Below, in pieces: positions 25,660-38,200 of a stretch of 64,000 bases of DNA. A program made the translations under genes and the position numbers. Position 1 is the first letter of the stretch, and every line of letters begins with the position of its first letter. The stretch comes from Tubiluchus corallicola. Its lineage: Eukaryota > Animalia > Priapulida. A model generated the notes under the pieces. That model was given only the letters and a program-made list of their open reading frames with translations, ran no database searches and was not told where the DNA came from. The stretch lies in NCBI GenBank assembly GCA_030141605.1, contig JAQGDQ010000159.1, positions 372,001 through 436,000 on the forward strand, in the 5' to 3' direction.

Positions 25660-26964
25660 GCATTTATTAACAATGACACCAAAAACATCACAAAAATAAA
25701 TTCAGACATACATGAAAATGACAAAATCATGAGCATTAAACCACTAATAAAGTGTCAACAGTTCACAACCTAAGGGTCAAAATCTGAAGTCAAAAATCAA
25801 AAATAGTCGAGTATATACGGTTACTCTGATCAACTCGCTAACATCTGACAACAGGCAGACAACTAACACTGCGACTCAAACACGTTGGAAACAAGTTAGT
25901 GCGACCACGATAAATAAAAAAACAGATAATAACAAACAACAAACAATTAAAACTGCAACAAAGCAACCACTCTGCCCACTATGTGATGTGCCTCCTATAT
26001 GATCTGCCCACTCTGCCTGCACATGTATCACTTTACTATGTGTCACTCATGTATCATTTAAACAAAGTATTGCAGTTACCCACTTAAAAATGAAAGCAAA
26101 AATATCAAAAATTTATTTTGTTTTAAACTATACTTAAATCATGTCTTTCACATTTCATCTCATTTGTTTGTAACAATTTGGTAGAAAAGCTTAACACATT
26201 GTTCACAGAAGTGTTTTTACGATTATTTTGATATTTATTAAAAAGTGTAACAATTGTATACAAAATATATGTTCTACAGTACAAGAATTACCAAGAGATT
26301 ATATAACATGATAAAAAATCTTTGGGTCACACGTCGTGAATATTGTACAAGTGTTGCCTGTAAATTAAGATTAAACAAGCTTTATGAAACTGGCCACTCT
26401 AGAAGAACCAAATACAGTGCTGAATTACGTCTAAAAAGCTTTGGTAGGCAACACAGGCTTTGTACACTCCTGATTTCTTGAAGTACATAAAAATAAGGTG
26501 GTTTTGGACTAGCTTAGTGAATAGGACTTACCCTGCAAAGTGTGCTGAGGTCTAAAGTTATGTCAACAACATTATTGATAATAATAATGATAAAATCTAA
26601 GCAGTAAAACTGCTATACCATAAAAATAACTGTCTGCTTGAGTGACAACTAATATGAATGAGTACAAAAAGTATTACACAACAAAGGTGAATAGATAAAA
26701 TTTATAAATCTATATTTGAAATTTATAAATTTTCAAATATAGTACTATTGCACAGCAAGCAGTCCATGTTACAGCATTTGGCAATGGAGTGTGTTAAAGC
26801 GGTTTTAAAAGATAACAGAAATCATGAAAATGGCATCGCAATAAAATGATCCTTATCAAGATGATACCACATTCTATTTCACATACAGCATTAAAGTTAG
26901 TTTTAATGTCACAAAAAAACTGTTTGATAATATGGGAAGACTTACCACAAAAATAGTGGGACTA

Positions 26965-29900
26965 TTAAGATTCCATTTCATCAATTGCAGCTTTTCTTAT
27001 TTCTTTTCTTAGTCCCAGATCAGAGACCTTCTTTTGAGCATTAGCCATCACAATCATGGCACAACCATTGGCCAGGAAACTTCGGATAGAACCTGGTATA
27101 ATGCCTCTATATAATCCAAAAAATCCACCTTTGCCTCGGAAAATAATTTCCATCCTTTTAAGTACTGAAAGTTTACTGTGAAAAAAACGCACTATCAATA
27201 AAATTTCCAAACAATTATCAAGCTTCACGAGATACTATAAATAGGTGATGGCATAAACCCAGTAGCACAGAACAGGTAACCAACACCTGAGGTAAGGCGA
27301 GGACTGTGTTCCCTTACCTGTAAGTCATTACCAGTCTGTATTGATAACCAAACACGTGTTGCATTTTAATAAAATAGACAAAATACTGATGTTTATTCAA
27401 GTAAAATGCATTTATTAACTTCTTACATATTAACTTCTACATACAGATTTATTTTGATATTGTTAGGTTTTAATGAGTGTATATTGTGTGAGGTCAGGAT
27501 GCACTACTTTTTTATTTACTGTTACTACTTTTGAAGTTTTACACCTCTAAAAATTTTGCACTCGGTATTACCATACTAAGGGTCCAATCCACACCACACC
27601 ACTGAATAAACCCACAATTATCAATTTTTTAAATTAAACTTACCCAGAAAATGCCTGAGCCTGATTTGAACCAAGGACCAGTGGGTGCAAACATCCTTAA
27701 TTCAAAATCAGGCAACTTAAGTTTGATTTAAAAATATTAACAATTGTGGGTTCTTCCATCATTAACTGATAGTCTTAAAATTACGACTGCACATAAAAAA
27801 ATACAGGCAGACACCTAAATCCATTGAGTGATGCATTTCCAGCACAAATACAGAAGTACTTTTTTATGTATCTAAAAAAAGAACAAATTTTAAACAGCCA
27901 TTATAGGTACGACAGCTTATGAAGTGGTAAAAAATTCACAGAATATAACATACGTATCGCCGTATCTGCCTTGCACTTGAGATTTCATAAATTCAAATGG
28001 CCACACAAGCCACCAAGCAACAGTTGCTGCAATTCCGCTGGCAAGAAAAGGACCTAGAACAATCACAAAGATAACAGTCTAACGTTATAAAAAAAGATTC
28101 TTATAATATTGACTGAAATGTAAGCCATTTTAGTAAGTCATAAGAAACAAAAGTAATTATTATAGCTAGTTTGGTAAACTCTCAACAACCCCTATCACTT
28201 TCATTCTTTCCTAGTAAGTATTTAAGTTTCAATAGGCCACAATGCAAATAAAACTGTGTAACATATATTGCTAATTGATAACAATTTTAAATAAACAGAA
28301 ATGACAGTTTTATTACATACCATGATTAAACTTTTTTAATCAAATGTATGAGACACTGTAAACATACCTAATAGAGGACTGTTGAACTTTTCTGGAAAGT
28401 GTCGCCTCCCAGAGTCAATAAATATAAAATATGACGTCATTAAGCCAACTGTTCTAATCCAAGTGACACCAAAACCCTAAAGAAATGATTAATCATGACA
28501 GTAACTCATTCTGACGAACATGACAAATTTATTGTTAGTTTTTTTAATGCCACAGATCCTATTTACTAATCAATCATTTAGTTTTTGCCTCACTGAACAC
28601 AAATAGTTAATTCTTATCCATTAAATTTTTACCAGCAAGTGTTCATAAAAAACTTTAAATAAATAACTATCAAATTTCCATATGCACTCTCTAATAGCAA
28701 TTTTAAGTGGCTATTGTACAACTCTCATTAATCCTGATGTCATGGTAATTTCTCTATTGTTTTAATCAATAACTCAGTTGTGACACATTGACAACACCTG
28801 CAAGCATACTTATAAAATTAATATTATTGAGAATGTCTCTTAAGACATTACCCTTGTTACATCATTTGGTAGGCAAGAAACCAAATGTAAGAGATAACAA
28901 ATTATCACAGCAGCAAACTGTACTGCTTGCATAATGTTATTTAGTTAAATGTTTAGTTAGTTTAATGTTCAAATCCTTTTCAAGAGTTGTACTTTTCTGG
29001 GGATTTCTTAGCTTATCCAAATTCTCAAGAGAAACAAGACTTCTCATTTTTATCCTCTTCTCGTGGTAAAAAAATCACATTTCACAGAGCTTTACTATCA
29101 TCTGTACTCACCGTATAGAGTTTTGCGAAGTTCCATTTTTGTTGAGTCTGGCCACTAATCTGTAAAAAATATGCAGTTGATAAAAATTACTGAAATGGTG
29201 TAAGTACAATATTATCAGAGTAAATATGTACATATATCTATATCTGATACGAATAATTCTATGCATTTTAAAACTCTATTTTAACTTGAAATTACACAGC
29301 AATATTTCTGTTACTTGTCTTTGGCATGTCAATTACCTTAGCATATTCCAATGGAGTTTCTATAATAGCTCTAGCAGTTGAAGCTACTACACCAGCCACT
29401 ACTACTCTCCTAAATAAAACAAAAAAGTGTTACTTATGAAAAAAGCCAAAGTGCGTAAAACTCAACAATATTGATGTAAGTATTGATCTGCATTCTCAGT
29501 GTCCTAAGAGCTGTAAAAATCCATCAACTGAATGGAAACTCCTAAAAACCATCAAAAGACATGGTAGTCATTCTTATTTCACTAGATATTAAATATAGAT
29601 TTTATGAGATTAAAAATTAAAAAAAATCATTCACAGTAAACGAACTGATATTTTAGCAATCATATCAGGACTAGGATCGCACTTACGTTTGCAGACCTGC
29701 TGTACCAGGTATTGATGCTGTCCATACACCAAATTTGTCGTGTGCACCCAAGTATGTATAACTGAAATACAATGTCAAAAAATAAATTAACTGCAAGAGC
29801 ACAAAAATAAATAATCTTGTGAAAATTCACCTATCTTCCTAACTCTAAAAAACAGGTGCAAAACAAAGTACTGTAAGATTATAGCTAAGGTGTCCTCAGA

Positions 29901-32900
29901 TAAAGAAACACGAAAAAACTAAATCTAAATCTAAATGCAAGAAATTTGATAAAAATGCGAGCACTACAGTTCTAGGTAGAAAATAGCAAGATAAAAGACT
30001 GTGTAGTGGGTTATTTATTTAATTTCTCCTGGTAGTATTCGAAATAATTAGTAGTGCGAAAAGAAATTAAGCTGAAAAAAATTTCAAGTACAATTAGTTC
30101 TCACAAAAGAGTCAAGAAACCATAACTTAAAATGCACAAAATTTACATAGTTACAGTTGAACAAAAAACTTACTGCAAAATAAACATAAATATATGATAT
30201 AACATTAACAGCGGGGTCAATTTGCTGATTTACCCCTAAAAATTGCAAGAAAAATGTTTTTTGATTTTCTTGTAGTATTTGGTCCAGAGAATAACATATT
30301 CAAACTAGACTGAACTTTGAGCACTGCAAAGGGCCTATGATAACGTCAAAAAAGATGGCAGCCATTTGACTAAAAATAATGGGTAGTTAGTCTACCAAAA
30401 TGCTGAGAAATTGCTTAATTTGATTCAAAAACATGAAACTTTGCACAGTGCTACAACTCAATAAGTATTAATTTTGATTATCGAGTCAATCGAAATTCGT
30501 CAAATTTTGGCCGCAATTTTTGAGATGGCAGACAATATGACTGTTGCTAGCTTATAAGGGCTATATCTTAGCTATCAGATCATACAGAATAACTATTTTG
30601 GTGTCTAAATATGGGTTTTCAAGGTCAAGGAATCAATAACTGATGCTTAAATACTCCTACAATATCACCCCATTTCATGATGGCGACTAATATAGCTGCA
30701 AATTTTGCCCAAAATGACGGAATTGCTCATTTACCTTAAAGGCACGAAACTTTGGACAATGCCAAAACCTATCCACTAGATTAATTTTGGATATGGGGAA
30801 AATAGTAAATTATCCAATATGGCCACAGCATTCAAGATGGCTGACAAGATGGCTTTTGCAAGTTCATAAGTGCCATACCTTTTATGAATTGTGAACAAAG
30901 TTTACCTGTTTTGTCAACTAGTATACACATACTGTCACAACGTAGCAAGGTTTTGTTTGAATGCTGGTATGGTTTCTCAAACGAATATTACAAGTACAGT
31001 ATTATCTAATGTGTTAAGCACGTTTCTACACTTTGCTTAATGTCTGGAACAGGCAAATTCCTCAGGTAAATAACTTTTGACGAAATTGCGAATGCCGTAA
31101 GCCCTGAAAAGAATCAGTTCTGTCAGCTTTTACTGGTTGCAACCAGATTTCGCCAGGAGAGGAAAAGATAGCCTGGTCTACATTCTAAGTATTGAAGAGG
31201 TAACAGAAGAATTTGGTGTCTCATTATTCATAGAGCTAAGCAGCTGACTTACCTCATGTTTGTGCTTGAATGTTTTACTGCACTCTAGTATGACAAGATT
31301 AACACATGCATCACTGTGACAGTTGACAAAGCACATAAAGACTTGCCCAAAACGAAAAAAGCGTCATTGGATGCAATGCCGGAGCATACTGAACTAAAAA
31401 CTCATTGATTTTGGTCAAACGGCAGCCATCTTTTTGAGGTCATATATAATTGATATATATATGCCCTTTGTAGCCTAATTTGGATATGTTATTCACTGGT
31501 CCAAAACACAGTGAACAGCTATTGTGTTTAGGGGTACAGCTATTTTTTCCAATATATAGACCCTACTACAAAAAAAAGTGTAAAGAAAAAAGTAACATAG
31601 ATTACAAACAGTTGACTGCAAATTACCATTCACAATTTTTAAATATTAAAGTCTAAAAAAGCACAACAGTCTGCAAATGTAGCTATATATAACGAATAAG
31701 GATTTACTGCAAAGAGAACAAACATTTATCAATAAATTTTGAAATCTTACCCGGCTTCAAATACAGCAAACTGAGTAGCACGAAAAATGCCAGATCCCCA
31801 TAATGGAGGGATGCAACCTCTAAAACAAAAAAAACATTTGCTATTTTAAAAAAATCAATTTAGATGTTCAAGAAAATAAAGATTAATTTTGATTAAGAGA
31901 AGCTGAAGTAATAAAAATCAAAAAAGTTAACATTTTGTCATTAATAAACAGAAAATACCTGTATAATCCACGAATGCCTTGAGTTTTGAAGGTCTTCACA
32001 AATGTCTGAAACATTCCACTAGAGTCAAATCCCTTCTGTGCTTGCATCTTAGTCTTCACTGTGTCAAACGGATGTCCCACAGCAACATTTGTGACTCCAT
32101 ACAGCACACCCACTATTGTGATATCATAAGGCACGGATACAATGTTTAGCTATGTTTTGTACATCAAACAAGTTTGCAGATCAGAGTAAGATGATCAAAA
32201 TAAAGATGTACAAAACCATTCCATATTAAGAGGCAATCATAGGAGAATTAATTATTGTCCAAATTCTGGCAAGAATCTGCACTAGGGAAAAATAAGCAAA
32301 GTAGAGATAGTTAGAGACCCATTTAGCACCGGCATTTCCCTTAAGCTGCTCATGACTGTAACCAAGGAAAGCACACAAAGAAGGTAGGTTCCATTCAGAA
32401 GCAATTGCAGGAAAAAAAATTAAGAGCGATAAAGCCATACAGTGGGAAATTTCCCATAAGATGTTTAACAAATATTTAAAGGCTTTTCATTTTAAATATT
32501 TAAGTTTGTAATAAGACTAACATTGGTCTTAATTTCATGGAGATTATAGTTTTCATCCTGACCTCATTAATCGGTCTTGATGAGAATCCAGACTTGTGCG
32601 GAGACAATGACACTGATAAACAATCTTACTATTATATCTTTTCAAAACAAGCAAAGGTAAAACAAATTTTTGAAGTACAAACAATTATTCAAAGTTAGTT
32701 ATTCTAATTTCAATGTTCAGCATTCAAATAGCTGTACACATTTTAAACTGTTTTACCATTGGTAGCTGACTCATTTTAACTGCTATCAGTATGCATTTAA
32801 ATATGTAAATAATACACATAAAGTAGTTTTTAGCTGCGCCTTTACCTCCAAGTCCAATAGCTCCTTCTTTCAGCCAGTATGTTCGTATCTCATTATGCGT

Positions 32901-32903
32901 CAT
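26965..32903 (-). CDS. Mitochondrial carrier (SLC25 family), 298 aa, 9 coding exons
   Basis: Exons 32846-32903, 31959-32112, 31751-31819, 29687-29761, 29337-29409, 29112-29159, 28368-28476, 27954-28053, 26965-27175 (897 nt, phases consistent). Three Px[DE]xxK signatures: HPFDTVKTKMQ, TPLEYAKI, WPFEFMKSQVQ; GIRGLYRG and GFFGLYRG motifs. Subfamily not resolved. Confidence 0.93.
30209..31568 (+). mobile_element. Internally deleted Academ (AcademX-like) DNA transposon relic
   Basis: Imperfect TIRs of ~190 bp (30209-30390 vs 31390-31568), ends CAG...CTA; degenerate + strand coding remnant 31040-31385 reading GTGKFLR*I, EIANAVSPEK, AFTGCNQIS, GK.IAWSTF, EEVTEEF, LECFTAL*YDK, LDAMP, matching the XPG-like HAFTGCD...GKKTAW...LERF...LY...IPPT region. 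Confidence 0.7.
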
Positions 32904-33335
32904 AATGAAAGCCTCACTAATTCTTCCAATGTAGAGCCACTTCAGAGTACTGCTACTAGTTGCAGACTAGCAGAACATCAGGCAATTGAGCCAAATGCAA
33001 ATCTTAAAAAAATAAACATATTTACACGATTCTGTACAAAACATACATTCGTGATTGTGCCGGTAGCTAAATTAATACAAAAAATATATTTATAGTTAAG
33101 TATGCAATCATAAATGTGTTTAAAGCAGTGCTGCATTTTTGATGTTAAACTCAAATCACAGCTGTGCCCACTGTCCACGCCTACATCAATGCACAGTATG
33201 CGGTAGATGAAAAAATATTACTAATGAGAAACAGCATGCAAAAGTTTTGCAGTGGTGTCACTGATATCTCGTTCTAGACTGCTTTATTATTACAGTAAGG
33301 TTAATTTTCTATTTTCTGATCATTTCTGCATTAAA

Positions 33336-33590
33336 ATGTCTCGTTGCCATGTTGTATTGTGCTGCTCAAACAAGGCTTCTACCAAAGTAATCATTTTTAC
33401 ATCTTTACAAAATAGAGAAAAAGAGAATGACAGATTCTTAATTGTGAACATCTGATCGAGCGAAGAGTTGGACAAACAGAATGACAGAGTTTATTGACAT
33501 GCTACCAATGACAGCCTAAGCAAACTGATATATTTTTTGACTGTGGTTCAAATGGAAACTCTTTGAAAGACTGCTCCCGATATTTTTAGA
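33336..33590 (+). mobile_element. Possible decayed THAP-domain fragment of a DNA transposon
   Basis: MSRCHVVLCCSNK...FYIF...ERR...*QPKQTD...APDIF resembles THAP (C.V..C.N...F..FP...W...C..HF...AVPTIF) with frameshifts and stops. Confidence 0.35.
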
Positions 33591-33958
33591 CCCTTAGCTA
33601 TGCACTTCTATTCTATGTAGACAATTTTTTTCGCCTTGTCTAGCAGGATAGATGGGCAATTCTATTTTGGATAAAGAGAGAGATGTTCTACCTCACTGCA
33701 ATCACTCTGTATAATTTACTATACAAATCTCATAATTTCTATGTTACTGCAATTTAATAGGTAGATTGTCTCTTTACTTGATATATTTCAAAATTATTTT
33801 AGGCCGTCGGTGCGTGTAGTTTGCTGTAGTATACATGTGTAAATTCAGCGAGAAAAACTCTGATACAATTATTATACAATAGCAATTTTATTCGTTTTAC
33901 CACATACGCGCGTGTTAAATGCGCCAGAGATACCAGTACTAAAGCTAATACAGCTTAC

Positions 33959-34310
33959 TTTTCTTGTATAAAACTTTTCGTCATTATGTTCTTGAAGAAA
34001 TTTATCTAATACTAGTAATAGCAATGTCTACACTACATATTGACACCAAATCATATTTTGCCTTCAGCAAGGGTTTAAGATATACTTCAGATATAAGCTT
34101 TAACCATTATCCACTGGCACTTCATGCAAGTTTCATAAATTTCCCCATCAAAGTGATTATACCAAAGCAAAGCATATCAAACATAAAGTTGCAATAAACC
34201 CGTAATTTAACCGCAACTTTGTCAGCAGCGTTCTGTGAGTAACCTTTTGATCATGCAAACGCCATCGAAGGTAGTGGATATTGCCGATCTGTATCACGTG
34301 TAAACTGAAA
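33959..34310. promoter_or_regulatory. Putative bidirectional promoter region for SLC25 (-) and DRAM (+)
   Basis: Head-to-head genes; minus-strand donor gtaagc at 33953-33958 with acceptor at 33003-33004; plus-strand donor gtgagt at ~34235 with acceptors at 35115/35124; TCACGTG E-box at 34294-34300. Confidence 0.45.
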
Positions 34311-35271
34311 GCGTTTCAAAAAAGTTAGTTTGTCATGCTAATTTTACTGGTACTGACACGTATTATGGCTTCGTAAATACCGTGTGCTCATTGTAGCGAT
34401 ATTCTTCTCTTTGCACTCTGAATAGATTTAAATTTTCCAAAAGAAAAAATTGTTAATTTACAGTTAGGCACTGTACAATTATTGCATAATAAATTCAGGA
34501 GTAGGCCTGATGTAATAAACTACACAGACTTTTTTATGTTTTTTGTTGTAAACGAGAAAACCTTATATATATATTTTTGCTGTCGTAGTGCACTTTCACT
34601 GTTTATCTTCAAACAGTTTAGGTGTGCTAGCACTATGGCCGGGGGTGTGCACTTCTCAGTAAGACGAAGAGTAAACGTGAAATTAAAAGCCTAGTCATGC
34701 TTTATGCATGTAATATAAACCGTCTATTTGTGAAGATGTGAAAAGAAATCAAATTCCGACGTTTTTATTTGGCACTAACCATACTCTGGTTAATAAATAA
34801 TACAAAATAATCTGAACATTCTCTTTGCGGTACCTGCCTATTTTGCGCTCCGCAAGATTTGCCTGCGTAGCATCATGTAATGTCTCGGCAGGAACCTGCA
34901 GACAGCTTTCAATGCAGAGAAAACTGCAGTTTATAACAGATTCACGTTATTGCGACAGAAATTTCAGCCAATTATTTATTGCAGAGAGAGCATTTCTTTG
35001 TACTGTAAAACCTAGAAAATTACCCTTTTTATATAGGTCTGCTTTATGCAGGCTTTGCATACTAAATTTGAGAAAAAAATTTTGTGTCTCTTTGTCTGTT
35101 TCTTTTTCTTTTTAGGTATTTTAGGTGTGTGACGAAACTGGATGACATTTGTTGTACAATCTGCTGTACTGGACATATGTACTATTTATGGAGAAATAAA
35201 AATATTTTATAACACGTCTGAATCTGTTTTAGTGACAAGAACATTGGGAATTCTTAAAAGTAGAATACATA

Positions 35272-38200
35272 ATGACTGTACTGTTTTTATTTCCCTTATC
35301 GGTCGTCATTTTGGTGCCTCTAACGTTCATTATCAGGTAATGTGGTAGATATTATTTATTTAACTTGAGTCTTGATTTTATTTAAAGAAAAATTGCATGA
35401 TTTTAGGACCATACCTATATGAGATCAGTCTCAAACTTGTTTGTGGAAGCAGATTGCAGCACAACAATGCAAATTTTAAGCTCACAATTTCAAGATTCAA
35501 ATTCATCACTCAGCTAATGTGTGATTTTTCATTATGTCTGATCTCATAATAATTGTGTAATCCCCCATAATGCTCGTGATCTGGTACAGTGCTTATCTTT
35601 ATGCAATGCACATGCAAAAAACAGTCCAGGTTATTCATTTAAGCAAGAATGCCTAGCCTTCAGATAAGTGCGTAAAATCATTGTGGAAAAATTGGACTTA
35701 TGCAAACCATCCTTAAAAACCAATATTTCCACTTAAGATATTTGAGACCATATGTCACTCAGGCCATAATTTAAAACTGGATGCTGCTTTCCTTTACCTT
35801 GTAATATTACTCTAAGGCAAATCACGTGGAAAACATGAGTGTTCAGTATAATCGTATATTATGAAATTTTATGACTAACAAATTAAAAAACTTGCAGAAT
35901 GAGTTGCTAACATCAGAAAGTTTCACTTTATAGTTTGTTTGAAAGTCCTACTTCACTACAATATGTATTTACATTTCATTGATTCTACTTTTCACTATTT
36001 TATTTCAGTTATTCTATATCAGTTGCATTGAAGCATGTGGAGCCTGGTTTTCCCTACATAAGGTAAAATCTTTGTTAGTGTATTTTTCTCACTAAAGAAA
36101 CCACAAATTTCTCTATCATATGCTTGTTATCAAATAATAAAAAGCAGTTATCAACATATTGCTGGTATTATAATCGGATGATGTCTACTGGCCAATTTTG
36201 AAGCTACAGTTTTTCATGAAAACACAAAGAACATTGAGGTGCTTATGGTGACGCCGTAGCCATGTCATCCACCCATTCATATAGTTTATCACCAAAAGTA
36301 AACAAATTGTCCTTTGCTGCAGTCTGTATCGGTCAGACCTTCCAAAACTGGGAAGTAGGAAGTATGAACAGTAAGGGAGATTATTGGCCACAGTCCGACA
36401 CTTGAATCTCCATCGCATTCTGCCATCCTTGAGCACTGTCTCCAGTCAGACTATCAATTTAAATTAGAAAACTTTGGAATCTAAGACAGTGCAAACCATT
36501 CGTTTGATCATCTTATTCAAGAAACACTCTTGATAAAACAATAACTATCCTAGCCTCATTAATAAGATATCATCCTCACCACTAGAGCTCTTTTAGCTCA
36601 CTGACTGGTTCATAGTGGGTTGGCTGCTCTAGTGGTTTGTCATTCTTGTTTATTGCTGTTTTAAATGTTTCTTGTATTCCTGGGGACAGTTTTGCTGGAG
36701 CAACAAAGGCTTGTACGATAAAATCAAGGAGGAAAAATGGACCAGGAAGATTAAACACAGAAGCTTTAAGTGGGTGATGGGTCATGCTCTGAGGTTACCA
36801 GAAAATAGTCCACTTAAAAAAGCTTTCTATCAGTCAGTTCAGCCTCCAAAGAAACAAAGAGGCAGCAAATTACTTACGTGGAAGGATTTCATGCAAAAAG
36901 CTCTCAATAGAATGTCTGTAATTCTGAAAGTTACTTCATCTTGGAGTAGCAAAGAACTGTTAGCCTTCTGTTCTTGTTGAACACAAAATAAATTATGATT
37001 AGTTCAGCAGCCAAAAACCATTTTTAGCTATACCTTGCACTTTCCGTGTAAGTTTTTTCTCAGCAGTTTTCACATGTTCTTATGGTCCCTTTTAAGAATA
37101 TTAAGCTGGAAATAACTAGCCATTGGCCAGGCAGCCTTAGCAGAAGAAATGAATTTCACAAATAAAGGACAGGCTGAAAAGAAAGAAAGAAGAACAAAGA
37201 AAAAGTTCAGTGGGTCATAGAACCAGTAATGAACATTTTTCTTAGCAGCCTTAGCAGAAGAATTGAATTTCACAACTGAATTAAAATAAAGGACAGGCTG
37301 AAAAGAAAGAAAGAAGCACAAAGAAAAAGTTCAGTGGGTCATAGAACCAGTAATGAACATTTTTCTTTCAGGTGATACATGGACTGATTATACTGTTTTG
37401 CTTTATCACTTTTCACATCATAATTTGCCCATGATTGTGGAATTGGTAAATGACAATGGTTAAAATTGTGAAGAATCATCAAAACGTCATTCCAGAGACA
37501 ATAAGAGGCTATGCACATACTCAGTGTAGGAAATAGAATCAAATCCAATGTACTTTGGCATTTCCGAATTTGACAATATTAAAGCAGCCTAATGTAACTC
37601 GAGCCACTAAATTTACCAGTGCATGATATAGATAAGCCTACTCAAAATGTACGTAATACCACATCTGAAACTAGAATAGTTGTATGGCACAGTAAAGTGC
37701 ATAGAACAGGTACTAGTAGGACTACTAGATTGCATTCAACCGTGATCAGATGCTGTGGAAGCATTTGCAAAAATGAAACGAGCGCACATTCAAGCATACA
37801 TGTTGGAAAAGAGCATTTGAGGGGACACAACATTTTTTCTTGATGGCACAAATTATATGGTTTTGAAATATGGCACACAAGAACTATTGCAACCAGTAAC
37901 TGTGCCGCCTGTAGTAAAATCATAACCAGATTTAATTTTGAAGATGATATGGGCTCTTATTCTGGAGCAAAAGCATGCAAATCTTTTAAGTCATTACAAT
38001 ATTGTGCAACATTGAGCATAATAATAAGTATGCACAATAATTAGTTTGCATCACATTCCATGCATGTGAAGGCTGCCAGTAATAACGAACAAATAAAATC
38101 TGTAAACCTGACAAAGCTAAAACGAGGAATTCGACTGTATAAGAGCAGTAACTTAGTCGTGGGAGTCATGATATATTCTGGATAAAGAAATATTATCTAG

